Origin: Polyangiaceae bacterium
GTDB lineage: Bacteria; Myxococcota_A; Polyangia; Polyangiales; Polyangiaceae
Length of the DNA stretch: 64,000 nucleotides
Assembly: GCA_033763455.1 (NCBI GenBank)
Contig: JANRKO010000023.1
Span: 288,001-352,000 of the forward strand
Reading direction: 5' to 3'
In this document: one piece after another, positions 9,008-18,633 of the stretch
How the letters are laid out: each line of letters opens with the position of its first letter
Numbering within the stretch: the first letter of the stretch is position 1
Notes under the pieces: generated by a model
Told to the model about the DNA's origin: nothing
The model's database searches: none
What the model saw: the letters and a program-made list of their open reading frames with translations, nothing else
Made by a program: the position numbers and the translations under genes

Positions 9008-10873
9008 CTAGCTCCGCTTAAATCCCGCTACCGTCTTAGCCCGATCACCCAACGGAGGTGAAATACTGGGATCCACACGCACTCTAATGAGGCTCGGGCC
9101 TCGTTGTTTCAGCGCAGCCGGTAGTGCCTCCCGCAATTGGCCCGGCTCACTCACGTCGTAGAAAGCAAGGCCCAATGCTTCGGCCAGAAGATCTATCCGC
9201 AGCTCGCGCCTATTCACGATGCTGTGCATCGGGCGGCCGCCGTTCACGAGTTTGCTTCCATGAAAAGTGATGCCGTGCATTTGGTTGTCCTCAACAATCC
9301 ACACCACGGGCACTTGATGCTCAGCCGCCGTAAGTAACTCCAGCCCATTCATGGTGAGGCATGCGTCCCCAACAATGGCAACCACAGGACGCCCTGGGTA
9401 GGCAATGGCCGTCCCGATGGGGGCCACAGTTCCATGCCCCATCGATCCAAAGCCCAAATTGAGCACAAAGCGCTGCCCGCGACGAATCGCAAGGTGGCGG
9501 ATGTTGAACAGCATATGCGCGCCGATATCGGAGTAAATGATGGCGTCACCCGGAAGCACCTCGGTGAGCTCCTGGCGCCAAACCTCAGGGGAGACATAAC
9601 CCTTCGCACTCGAGGTGACGTTACTCGAAGCAACGCTGCTGTCGGCGCCACCACTCGCGGAAACACTCACCATTTGGGAATGCTGCGGTGCGCGCGGAAG
9701 CGGAACCCAGGTCGAACAGCACTCTTCACCACGTGCTTGATCGCGGCGCACCTGGTGCGAAAGTTCGAGCAAAATGGTTGCGGCATCACCGACCAAAGGG
9801 ACTTGAACCTGGTAGTTGCGGCCAATGCGTTCTGGATCAATATCCAGCTGAAGGAGCGTACGACCCTCTGTTAGACCGGCGTGCCAGTTCAGAGTGGTGG
9901 TTTCGTTCAGGCTCGCGCCGACAGTGAGGAGCACGTCCACTCCATGTGCGGGAGTAAGCAGAACTTCGCGCGCGAGATCATGACCGGCAAAGCCCAGCAC
10001 GCCGAGGGATAATCGGTGATCCTCCGGGAATACTCCCTTGGCCCGCGGAGTGGTGGCAACGGGGAGGTTTAGCTGCTCGGCAAACTGAATCACGCGTGAT
10101 TGCGCGGTGTCCCCTACTACGCCAGACCCAACAAGCAGCACCGGACGCTTCGCACGCAGCAACGCCAAAGATGCTCGCTTGATGGCCTCACGATCGAATA
10201 GGGCCCGCGCCGCGCGATAACTTTCAGGGGCCCATGGCTCATCGTCAACCGGCTGTAGCCAAAGGTTTACGGGGACGTTGAGATGCACGGGGCCGGGGCG
10301 TCCACTGTAGGCCTGGCGCATGGCTCTGCGAAAATGGTGCGCGAACCTATCGGCTGAAGGCACCATCGCCGAATACTTTGTAATCGGCTTAAACATCCCC
10401 ACGATGTCGATGTCTTCCCGGGGCGTCTCCTGAGCCGCTCCCTTGCCCAACATATGGCTCGGTGCCTGCCCCGTGATTACCAACATTGGTACACCGTCGG
10501 CGAATGCAACGCTCACACCCGTGATCATGTTCGTGGCCCCAGGGCCAGACGTGGCCGCAACAACAGCGAGGCGCTCCTCAAGGCGGGCGAACCCATCAGC
10601 CATGAATGCGGCACTTCCCTCGTGTTTATTGACGACCAGCTGTACGTCCGGATCGCACTCAATCGCGTCGAAGAATGGGTGCAAAAGGCCACCTGGGACG
10701 CCAAAAACGACCGTAACGCCTTCAGCCTTCAGGTGCCGAAGCATGAGATCCATCATCGTGAGCCGCGGCGTCGCCACTGGCAGCACCATGCTTTCTGGGA
10801 CCATCGAGTCTGCAAGACTGGGGATTTTGAGTTCAGCTTGAGCCATATGGGGCGACGCTCTCAGGGTGGGCAT
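9008..10873 (-). CDS. Thiamine diphosphate-dependent enzyme (acetolactate synthase-like fold; possible carboligase/acyloin synthase)
   Basis: VFGVPGG, HEGSAAFMADGFAR, TSGPGATN, GRPGPVHL, ThDP motif GDACLTM...EDN; no ilvN small subunit adjacent; start uncertain. Confidence 0.9.
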   Translation of the reverse strand: MPTLRASPHMAQAELKIPSLADSMVPESMVLPVATPRLTMMDLMLRHLKAEGVTVVFGVPGGLLHPFFDAIECDPDVQLVVNKHEGSAAFMADGFARLEERLAVVAATSGPGATNMITGVSVAFADGVPMLVITGQAPSHMLGKGAAQETPREDIDIVGMFKPITKYSAMVPSADRFAHHFRRAMRQAYSGRPGPVHLNVPVNLWLQPVDDEPWAPESYRAARALFDREAIKRASLALLRAKRPVLLVGSGVVGDTAQSRVIQFAEQLNLPVATTPRAKGVFPEDHRLSLGVLGFAGHDLAREVLLTPAHGVDVLLTVGASLNETTTLNWHAGLTEGRTLLQLDIDPERIGRNYQVQVPLVGDAATILLELSHQVRRDQARGEECCSTWVPLPRAPQHSQMVSVSASGGADSSVASSNVTSSAKGYVSPEVWRQELTEVLPGDAIIYSDIGAHMLFNIRHLAIRRGQRFVLNLGFGSMGHGTVAPIGTAIAYPGRPVVAIVGDACLTMNGLELLTAAEHQVPVVWIVEDNQMHGITFHGSKLVNGGRPMHSIVNRRELRIDLLAEALGLAFYDVSEPGQLREALPAALKQRGPSLIRVRVDPSISPPLGDRAKTVAGFKRS

Positions 10874-11230
10874 CCACGATGTTCGCGGGTGGTATTCATG
10901 CGTGCCCGAGCGAGCTTGATTTGCTAAGCAGCGCCCAAAACACCACCCTTACTTATGCCAGTCATCCCGGACAACAGCAAGAACAACTCCGCCAGAACAG
11001 CTGTATGTGACAAAATTCGATCGAAACGTTTGTGTGACTTTCTCTGCTTCGTGCGTTCGCAGGTGCGCATCTGACTTTTTCGGGACTCGCCACGTCCCTC
11101 CAGATAGGCATTTGTTGAAACAGGCAGGGCGTTTGATGTGGCAAGTGGTCGTCTCGTTCGCGCAAACGAAACACGCAGGGAGCGCACGTGAATCAGGCCA
11201 CGTGCAGCGAGCCCAAGCGCTATTGAGCAC

Positions 11231-11264
11231 CACCCAGATACTTAGCATGCTAAGTATCTGGGTG
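11231..11264. repeat. Perfect 34-bp palindrome CACCCAGATACTTAGCATGCTAAGTATCTGGGTG (copy 1 of a dispersed element)
   Basis: Exact reverse complement of itself; core matches the sites at 20221 and 24200. Confidence 0.9.
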
Positions 11265-11405
11265 AGGGAACCCAATCCTCAGTCCTGCGAATTCGAAAAT
11301 CCTAACCTTCACTGAAGACAAAGCCCAAGTCGCCCAACGTATTTTACGCGAAAGAAGGTAGATGAGTAACAACTCCCCCACCCCATCACCGTGCAGCCCC
11401 TGCGG

Positions 11406-13130
11406 CTAAAACCAGCGAATCAGCAAATCCACATCCTGCTCCGAAAGCACCCGCACCATCGACACACCGGTCCGTCCGTAGGTTCGACAGGCGCCCTCAA
11501 TGACTCCCACCTGATAGCATTCCGGGAAGTTCCAGATCCCGCGAAACTCAACTACCGCCTGGTGCTCCGAACACACTGGAACGTTAACCCACCCAGGGCT
11601 GATACTCAGTTGGTAACCTCTTGGGAGGAGCTGGTACGCTTGGACCAAGTCTCGCCCGGCCAAGGCGAAGACGACGCGTCCCACGACACCCTCCAAGTAA
11701 GTAGGCATAGTTTCCCAGCCGATGCGCCGAAGGCCTTCCCTCAGCGCAAGGTGGGGGTACACGGCTCGTGCGAAACGCACTAAGAGATCCATATAATCCC
11801 GCATGGGGTAGTTGCGAAATGCAATGTACCTATCGGTGTCTCCAAGGTCGAAGCCCTTTGCGGCGCGCAAGAGGTAGCTGAAGTACATACCCCTAACAGT
11901 CGCGGTCATTGGCGTCGCGGCAATCCGGCGTTCATATTCTAGCGAGGCTTGGAAATCCGGAGGGGAGAATTGCCCTGGATCGAAACCATTGGTCACAAGC
12001 TCGCGATCTAGTGCGTGTAGATCCAGATCGGATGGAAGGGACGTGGCCGCGTTGGCAACTGACGAAGCTGAGCGCGCCCTGCTCGCCGTGGATCGCACAC
12101 TTGGTCCCTCTGGGATCTCGAATTCCCCAGATGGCTCCGTGCCCGCAGCGCGGCTCCCCGAAGCACTCGCCTCAGACGCCACAGAAACCATGTCCGAAGG
12201 AGCTTTCTCCCCGCGACCAACCACCAACGTCTCGCCAGACTCGTCACCAGATCCGCGATTCAGCGCGAAAAGCGCTCTCTCCCCGACACTCACGTTCTTC
12301 AGAGCACACCGCATACTAACAGCGCTGCGGAAGCGGTCTTGCACCTCGAACGCGAGCGCTTTGTCGATCACCTCCGCGAGCGCTTCTGGGCACTCCGGAA
12401 GTACTGAGCGTACAGCTCTTGGCGCAACGGTCATGGCTCGGCCGAGGCGTTCGGCCTCCGTGCGGCCCGAGTGAACATATTCACCGCTTAACAACGTGAA
12501 TAATGTGGCACCCAGCGACCAAATATCGGTTTGCGGGCACACGGCATCGTGCCTGCCGGCGGCTTGCTCAGGGGCCATGAAAGCTGGCGTGCCGATGAGC
12601 TCTCCCACAGAGCTTTGCGATGCATTGCCTTCGAGGAGGGAGCGCGCAACGCCAAAGTCTAAGATCTTAACGCGACCTTGATGCGTGAGGAAAAGATTAG
12701 AGGGCTTCAGATCGCGATGAACAACGCCTTTCCCATGCGCGTACGCCAGCGCTTCGAGCACTTGTATGGCAAAGTCCAGCAGCTCAGCCGGCGAGAATGG
12801 AGCCGTTTGGTGCCGCTCCTTGAGCGAATGTCCCGCCAAGAGCTCCATCACGAGAAAGGGGCGATCGTCGCCGTAAAGGCCCGCCTCTTTGAGTTGGCAG
12901 ATGCCTGGATGCTTGAGCTTGCCGAGCAGCTCGGCTTCGCGCAGCACGCGCTTGAGCGTGCCCGAGTGGCCAACCAAGTTTGGGTGCAAGAGCTTCACGG
13001 CGGCGCGCTCCCCCTTTGCATTCCTGGCCCGATACACCGTGCCCATGCCGCCAGCGCCAATCACTGCCTCAAGAGCCCAGCCTGAACCAAACGGCTCCAA
13101 CGGGATTTCGGGAAAGCTTTCGACCACCAC
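11406..13130 (-). CDS. Hanks-type Ser/Thr protein kinase with C-terminal DUF2378-like (myxobacterial) domain
   Basis: IGAGGMGTVY, AAVK, HRDLKPSN, DFG, GTPAFMAPEQ; C-terminal TVRGMYF...YIAFRNYPMRDY...LREGLRRIG. Confidence 0.9.
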   Translation of the reverse strand: MVVESFPEIPLEPFGSGWALEAVIGAGGMGTVYRARNAKGERAAVKLLHPNLVGHSGTLKRVLREAELLGKLKHPGICQLKEAGLYGDDRPFLVMELLAGHSLKERHQTAPFSPAELLDFAIQVLEALAYAHGKGVVHRDLKPSNLFLTHQGRVKILDFGVARSLLEGNASQSSVGELIGTPAFMAPEQAAGRHDAVCPQTDIWSLGATLFTLLSGEYVHSGRTEAERLGRAMTVAPRAVRSVLPECPEALAEVIDKALAFEVQDRFRSAVSMRCALKNVSVGERALFALNRGSGDESGETLVVGRGEKAPSDMVSVASEASASGSRAAGTEPSGEFEIPEGPSVRSTASRARSASSVANAATSLPSDLDLHALDRELVTNGFDPGQFSPPDFQASLEYERRIAATPMTATVRGMYFSYLLRAAKGFDLGDTDRYIAFRNYPMRDYMDLLVRFARAVYPHLALREGLRRIGWETMPTYLEGVVGRVVFALAGRDLVQAYQLLPRGYQLSISPGWVNVPVCSEHQAVVEFRGIWNFPECYQVGVIEGACRTYGRTGVSMVRVLSEQDVDLLIRWF

Positions 13131-13275
13131 TCGGTTACCCGCCGTCTACCGAGCATCCACCGGAAACTCAACTACTCAGCTTGTTCCAACGCGGAACGAG
13201 GTGAATGGCACGCTTCCTGGCCGGGCGAGCGAACCCTGGGGCGAATGCTCGTACCGGCCCTTTGCGCGCACATCC

Positions 13276-13707
13276 TCACTCTGGCCAAGTGAGCACATCC
13301 AAGCCTTCGCGTACGGCCGCCTCCGCGAGCCTCCGATCCAACACGACCATGCAGAGCGACGACGGATCGGGATCCGCAACAAGCATCGCTGCTGCTAGCT
13401 GCGCCGCATCTGCCGCACGAAGCGCATGCCGAGCCAAGAGCTGTTGCGCTCGACTCCTCACGGCCAAAAGGTCCGTCACCTCGTTGGCGCCCGCCGAAAG
13501 ACGATCGATCCTGCGCAGTGCTTGGATCCGTTGAGAGGGCGAGAGCAATCCCTCGCGTGCTCGCCGCTCAAGCGCGGAAACCAGCTCCAGCCGGGTAAGC
13601 CCCCAAACGATAACGTCAGCATCTTGCCTGAGCCAGTCCAAACAAAGCTCGGTGACTGCTTCCTCAACCACGAGCGGTATAAGGGCAGAGGCGTCCCAAA
13701 ACCTCAC
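13276..13707 (-). CDS. vapC: PIN-domain toxin (VapC family)
   Basis: FWDASAL...LRAADAAQLAAA...LDRRLAEAA; 4-bp overlap with the upstream antitoxin. Confidence 0.88.
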   Translation of the reverse strand: MRFWDASALIPLVVEEAVTELCLDWLRQDADVIVWGLTRLELVSALERRAREGLLSPSQRIQALRRIDRLSAGANEVTDLLAVRSRAQQLLARHALRAADAAQLAAAMLVADPDPSSLCMVVLDRRLAEAAVREGLDVLTWPE

Positions 13708-13997
13708 AAGCGATCGCCCCGATCTTCATCGAGGGCCCGCTGCAGATCTGCGCGCTCTGCCTTAACTGCGGGCTCTTCTAACACCCAAGACAAGCTCGTG
13801 GTGTTACGGCGCAACACGCCAGACTCGGCCAGGTGCATCAGACGCTCCTTGTCGCGACTGCGACCCGCGGACGAGAGCCCCACAATGCGAGCGATAGGCA
13901 CACCCCGATCCAAGACTTCGACCTCGCTACCACGCCGAACCATGCCCAGGTAGCGAGACAGGTTCGCCTTAAGCTCGGAGATCGACGCGGATTTCAT
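13704..13997 (-). CDS. Phd/YefM-family antitoxin
   Basis: SISELKANLSRYL..V..G.EV.V.DRG.PIARI Phd N-terminal motif. Confidence 0.88.
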   Translation of the reverse strand: MKSASISELKANLSRYLGMVRRGSEVEVLDRGVPIARIVGLSSAGRSRDKERLMHLAESGVLRRNTTSLSWVLEEPAVKAERADLQRALDEDRGDRL

Positions 13998-14016
13998 AAG
14001 ACTTATATAGTCTTAT
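13996..14016. promoter_or_regulatory. Inverted repeat ATAAGACT-N5-AGTCTTAT, probable TA autoregulatory operator
   Basis: 8-bp perfect arms abutting the antitoxin start codon. Confidence 0.6.
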
Positions 14017-14214
14017 ATGCATGACCTGTCAAGTCACATGCACTTCTTGCCGGTACACGGCATAGCGCAACCCACGCGTTTTCCCTTCACTGCAAGATCG
14101 TACCCAGAGGCCTCCGCTCCCGAAGCATTGTGTTGGGTAACATATCGAGACGGCGAGAGTGCCCACCGGCACGGTGCCGGAGCGCTGCACAAGTTAACTC
14201 GACTGAGGTCAGGC

Positions 14215-15594
14215 TCAAAGCGGGTAGCTGCAGCGAAAGCCGACGCTCTTGTGGCCCATGGTGGGCTCGAACTTCACGGACTGCGTGATGTTCAAAGTCG
14301 ACACGTCACTCGCCCACGACCCGCCTCGAGTTTGGCCATCGATCCCCGCGGCATCCTGAACCCACTCGGCGAGATTTCCCGCGAGATCAGCATGCCCGTA
14401 AGGCCCATTGCCGGCGGGAACCGACCCAACTGGAGCTATCTCGAGTCCGCTGCACCCAGCCACACCGTCCAGCCAACATCCGTGGACCGCCAGGCTCGTA
14501 CTGTTTCCGGGTGCGGTGGCGCCCCATGGGAAGGTTCCCCCGGACATGGGAGTAGCCGCAAACTGCCACTCGTTCTCAAGCGCCAACTTTCCACCATCCC
14601 AGTGGCAGAAGGCCTGCGCATTGTACCAGCTCACGCAGTTCATCGGTTTGGCGGCCTCTGCGGATGCAAGCGACCAAGTTCCTTCGCCGCTTTGACACTG
14701 GGAGCTGCTAAGAAGAGCCGCGGCGTCAGTGGCTACCATTGGGGTCCAGACCCCCATCCAACCCGCAGTCGTGAGCGGTCCGCCCGCGCCCTGCCATGCA
14801 TCGAAGGCTGCGACGAAGTTCGCGAAGCGGCCGACTGTTACCTCGAATTTGTCGAGACGAGCGAGAATCGGAGGATTCACAGCCTGGCCAGGGACAAGGG
14901 GGCGTTCACAGCAGCTCTCATTTCCTAGTGGCCCACAGTTGGCGGCAAGACCAGCACAACTGACCCCAGTCCCCTTGCATCCCGTGCCCGATACAGGTGT
15001 CCCCCAGTCACCAAGAACCGAGCACGTGGAGCTATTGGCCTGGATGCAACTCGTGGTTCCAGGCTGGCAGACGCCAACGCAACTTCCGGCAACACAGGCC
15101 TTGGAGACGCACCGCTCCACCTCTTGCCCAACCTGCGCTCCCGTGCACTGAACCACCGTGTTGGCTCCGCAGATTCTGGCGTTGATGTCTGCACCGGTAC
15201 ACGCGGGCACCCGTAGCGTGGCCCCTGCGCCACCCGCCGACTGACTGCCACCGCCCGCGCTCACGCCACCCGCTCCTCCGCTCAACGATGGTGGAGCACC
15301 GCTCGAGCCCGATTCTCCGCCGACCCCCACTCCCCCACTACCAGCAGCTCCAACGGATCCGCCCGCGCTCGACACTCCGCCAGCGCCCGACAACCCCATC
15401 GCCCCGCCGGCGTGCCCGTTTCCTCCCAGAGAAGCTGCCCCGGAAGCACCACCGGTTACCGGCGGGGGACAGGTGTACGTTTCGGCACAGTCGTTGAACT
15501 GCCTCCCACAAGCGCCCACCTGTGACGCGGCGAGACCGGTAACGCCCACCACTACCACCAGCAACCTTGATCGAACCGGGCGGAAATCACGCAT
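14215..15594 (-). CDS. Secreted/lipoprotein with Gly-rich linker, Cys-rich region and C-terminal FGE-sulfatase (SUMF1-like) domain
   Basis: RLDKFEVTVGRF, PMNCVSWYNAQAFC.WDGG.L, DLAGNLAEW, RGGSW, GFRC; start placed at ATG 15594 to avoid overlap with the upstream gene. Confidence 0.85.
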   Translation of the reverse strand: MRDFRPVRSRLLVVVVGVTGLAASQVGACGRQFNDCAETYTCPPPVTGGASGAASLGGNGHAGGAMGLSGAGGVSSAGGSVGAAGSGGVGVGGESGSSGAPPSLSGGAGGVSAGGGSQSAGGAGATLRVPACTGADINARICGANTVVQCTGAQVGQEVERCVSKACVAGSCVGVCQPGTTSCIQANSSTCSVLGDWGTPVSGTGCKGTGVSCAGLAANCGPLGNESCCERPLVPGQAVNPPILARLDKFEVTVGRFANFVAAFDAWQGAGGPLTTAGWMGVWTPMVATDAAALLSSSQCQSGEGTWSLASAEAAKPMNCVSWYNAQAFCHWDGGKLALENEWQFAATPMSGGTFPWGATAPGNSTSLAVHGCWLDGVAGCSGLEIAPVGSVPAGNGPYGHADLAGNLAEWVQDAAGIDGQTRGGSWASDVSTLNITQSVKFEPTMGHKSVGFRCSYPL

Positions 15595-15704
15595 GCCCGC
15601 CGGTCTACCTCCCGCGCCAGGCCGCCGCAACCCTGAGACCGGCGGTCGGACCAATCGCGCTGGACCCGTCGGAAGCAGCGCTTTCGACCCCGAAAAACCG
15701 TCAG

Positions 15705-18341
15705 TCAGTTCACACAAAGGGCATACTTGTTGTTCACTGAGGCTCCCTGGATACACCAGCCGGTACTATCGGCACCACACGCGGAGCCACCGACCCACGT
15801 CCCGCCCATATTCTGGTACACGCCAAACAAAGGAGGACACGCCGTCGGCGACGCCGCGCAAAGGAATTGGGACAAGCTGTTCATCGGGACACTGCAACCC
15901 ATTTCCGCCGTGGGGGAGCACTGACCATCATTGTACATGCAGCCGCCCGCACCCGTGCAGGGCACCTTGAGGCCAGCAGCTAAGCAAGCAGCCTTGACGT
16001 TTGCGTCCGTCATGGCCCCAAAAACTTGGACCTTGTACCACTCGCGCCCGCCGAACTGAGCGAAGGGCACGTTGTTAGGACACCGACAGACCATGTCGTT
16101 GATTCCCGTGGTTGAGACAGAAATATTTCCGGTATTTCCAATCTTGCAGGGCCCGCCATCGCAAGTGCGACCCGTAATGTTATTTCCCTGGTCAGTACAA
16201 GATCCGTTCTTGTGCATCTTGGGTGCAGAGGCCACGGCAGTTGCGCCGCCGACGTAGCTTTGCGCGGTGCAGCTAGAACCGTAAAAGTGCGAGCAGAAGT
16301 AGGCGGCATCTGCCGCGTCACCTCCGCCGACCGAACAGCCTCCTTGCGTGATGTAATGATTGCTGCTCAAGCCCGCAAACCCATGCCTCGGTCCTGTATC
16401 CCAAGTGCACTGGGAAGAGAGGCACGTAAGGTTGCAAACGTTTCCGCAAGCTGCGCAATTGTTCTTATCATTCGTGAGGTTTACCTCGCAGCCATCGCTC
16501 TTCTTGTTCGCATTGCAATCACCGTAATTCGCCGCGCAGGTTCCGTTGCACACTCCAGCCCCGCATGTGCGCGTAGCCATGTTGCTGTTCGAACACACTG
16601 ATCCGCATCCCCCGCAATTGTCGGGATTGGTTGCCGTATTGATCTCGCAGCCATCGACGCGCTTGTTGCCGTTGCAGTCCGCAGCCGGAGCCGCGCAGGT
16701 ACCGTTGCAATTTCCGCCGCCGCAGGTCCGGGTTGCCATTCCGGTGTTGGAGCAAGCCATCCCGCAGCCGCCGCAGTTATCAGGGTTCGTTGCAATATCG
16801 ATCTCACAACCGTCAGCTTGCTTATTCCCGTTGCAATCCGCCTTTCCGGCCGCACACGTCCCGCTGCACACACCGGCGACACATGTCCGCGTCTGCATGC
16901 CCGCGTTTGAGCAAACAATTCCGCATCCGCCACAATTATTGGGGTCGGTATTCGTATCTATCTCGCATCCATCGGTCTTCTTGTTCGCGTTGCAATCGGC
17001 TTTACCCGCTGCGCACGTGCCGTTACAGGCGTTGGCCGCACAGGTCCGCGTCTGCATCCCCGCATTCGAACAAACCATCCCGCACCCACCGCAGTTATCA
17101 GCGCTGGAGGTAGTATCCAGTTCACACCCGTTCGTGCGCTTATTGTTATCGCAATCGCCGGCCCCTGTGGCGCACGTCCCATTGCATTGGCTGTTCGCGC
17201 AGGTTCGCGTCTGCATGCCGCCTGCCGAGCAAGCCATCCCGCACCCACCGCAATTGTCGGCATTTGTCGTGGTGTCTATCTCGCACCCGTCGGTCAACTT
17301 ATCGTTATTGCAGTCCGCGGTGCCTGAATTGCAGGCGCCGGTGCAAGCTCCGCCTGCGCAAGCGGGCGCGGAAATGTTGTTGCTGGAGCAAGCCGCACCA
17401 CAGCGCCCACAGTTTGCCGTGTCCGTGTGGAGGCTCACCTCGCAGCCATTCGTGCGCTTGTCGCTGTCGCAGTCGCCGAAGCCGGAATCACACGCTCCCA
17501 CGCATTGCCCGCCGTCACAGATGGGCGTAGCAATGTTCATATTTGAACAAACGCGCCCGCAACCACCGCAATTGTTCGGGTCCGTATCGAAGTTTACGCA
17601 AGCGGCCGAACAACACGTGCCCGTGCCGCAGCTCATGCCACACTGTCCACAGTGCGCCGAATCCGAGCTTTTATCGACACACACGTCTCCGCAGCAAATG
17701 GAGTTCGGCCCGTTCGCAGCCGAACAATCCCCATCGTTCTTGCACCCGTCCGCACAGGCAAATGAGTCGTTCACGGCCACGCACTTCTTACCTTGCGGGC
17801 AGTTGTCATTGGTGGGCACGCAGGGCGCGCATTCTTTGCTCGCGGTGTCGCAGCGGGGCTTGTTCGGATCCATGCAATCCGCATCAGAGCCACAATCTGT
17901 ACAAGCGCCCAAATCTACGTTGCAGCTTCCGGTGCTGCACTGTTCGTTGGCGATGCACTCCACACAAAAGCCCTTGGCCACGTTGCAGTACGGAGCTGCG
18001 AGCGAACACGCGGCGCTGGTGGCGCACGGAATATCGGAAATCCCGGTGGGCATCCCTGCCATGCCGCCGTTGCCCGACGCTCCTGCATTGCTAACTCCAC
18101 CTGAACCCGATGCGCCCGAAGCGCCCAACACCGTGCCACCCGTGCCTGGGGCACCCCCGGAATTCCCCAACGCGCCCCCCGTTGTACCTTCCGAACCGCC
18201 GTCACCGGTTCCTCCGCCGACGCTTGCGGATTCACCAAACTGCCTGGATTCAGCAGTACACCCTGGCATCGGCGTTGCCGCCAGCAGCCCAAGGGAGAGA
18301 ACGACACCAATACGGACGGAACGCAAGGTAAGACTTTTCAT
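15705..18341 (-). CDS. Large secreted Cys-rich repeat lipoprotein (Stig1-like NCGxCG repeats)
   Basis: Signal peptide with lipobox-like PGC, Gly linker, seven ~53-aa repeats with 8 Cys each, distinct Cys-rich C-terminal domains. Confidence 0.85.
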   Translation of the reverse strand: MKSLTLRSVRIGVVLSLGLLAATPMPGCTAESRQFGESASVGGGTGDGGSEGTTGGALGNSGGAPGTGGTVLGASGASGSGGVSNAGASGNGGMAGMPTGISDIPCATSAACSLAAPYCNVAKGFCVECIANEQCSTGSCNVDLGACTDCGSDADCMDPNKPRCDTASKECAPCVPTNDNCPQGKKCVAVNDSFACADGCKNDGDCSAANGPNSICCGDVCVDKSSDSAHCGQCGMSCGTGTCCSAACVNFDTDPNNCGGCGRVCSNMNIATPICDGGQCVGACDSGFGDCDSDKRTNGCEVSLHTDTANCGRCGAACSSNNISAPACAGGACTGACNSGTADCNNDKLTDGCEIDTTTNADNCGGCGMACSAGGMQTRTCANSQCNGTCATGAGDCDNNKRTNGCELDTTSSADNCGGCGMVCSNAGMQTRTCAANACNGTCAAGKADCNANKKTDGCEIDTNTDPNNCGGCGIVCSNAGMQTRTCVAGVCSGTCAAGKADCNGNKQADGCEIDIATNPDNCGGCGMACSNTGMATRTCGGGNCNGTCAAPAADCNGNKRVDGCEINTATNPDNCGGCGSVCSNSNMATRTCGAGVCNGTCAANYGDCNANKKSDGCEVNLTNDKNNCAACGNVCNLTCLSSQCTWDTGPRHGFAGLSSNHYITQGGCSVGGGDAADAAYFCSHFYGSSCTAQSYVGGATAVASAPKMHKNGSCTDQGNNITGRTCDGGPCKIGNTGNISVSTTGINDMVCRCPNNVPFAQFGGREWYKVQVFGAMTDANVKAACLAAGLKVPCTGAGGCMYNDGQCSPTAEMGCSVPMNSLSQFLCAASPTACPPLFGVYQNMGGTWVGGSACGADSTGWCIQGASVNNKYALCVN
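16430..17600 (-). repeat. Intragenic 159-bp tandem repeat (about 7.5 units; CEID...NCGGCG..C...TC....C.G.C......DC..NK..DG)
   Basis: CE codons recur at 159-bp spacing (about 17281, 17122, 16963, 16804, 16645, 16486). Confidence 0.9.
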
Positions 18342-18633
18342 GAAACAACTAAGTTACGAGACTTCCGCGAGCAGCGTCAAGGGTTTCCCCCTAGGTGATA
18401 GTTGTGATGGTGAGCGCCAGCACAGGAGCCGTCGCTAGCGGCTCAGAGGCCGAACGGAGCCATAGTTCCCAACCCTCCCTGACCCAAGCCCTAACCCGAG
18501 CGTTACGACTTTCCGTAGCGCACCGCGCCCCCAAACCAAACATAGCCGTAAACATGCTCGCCCGCGTGCCCAACCACCCGTGCAAGATCGGACAATTTTC
18601 CCTGTGACAACACCGTGTTAGCCTCATACCGAA

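Noticed and set aside
9008..10873. Calling the ThDP enzyme ilvB
   Set aside because: No regulatory subunit or ilv context, and the ThDP motif is the variant GDA...DN; function left open
14215..14350. Possible DGR variable region at the C-terminus of the FGE-domain genes (also 46115-46260)
   Set aside because: No reverse transcriptase and no near-identical template repeat differing only at adenines in the window
16546..18438. 630-aa plus-strand ORF
   Set aside because: Antisense shadow of the Cys/Gly-rich repeat gene; Pro/Gln/His-rich with no independent motifs
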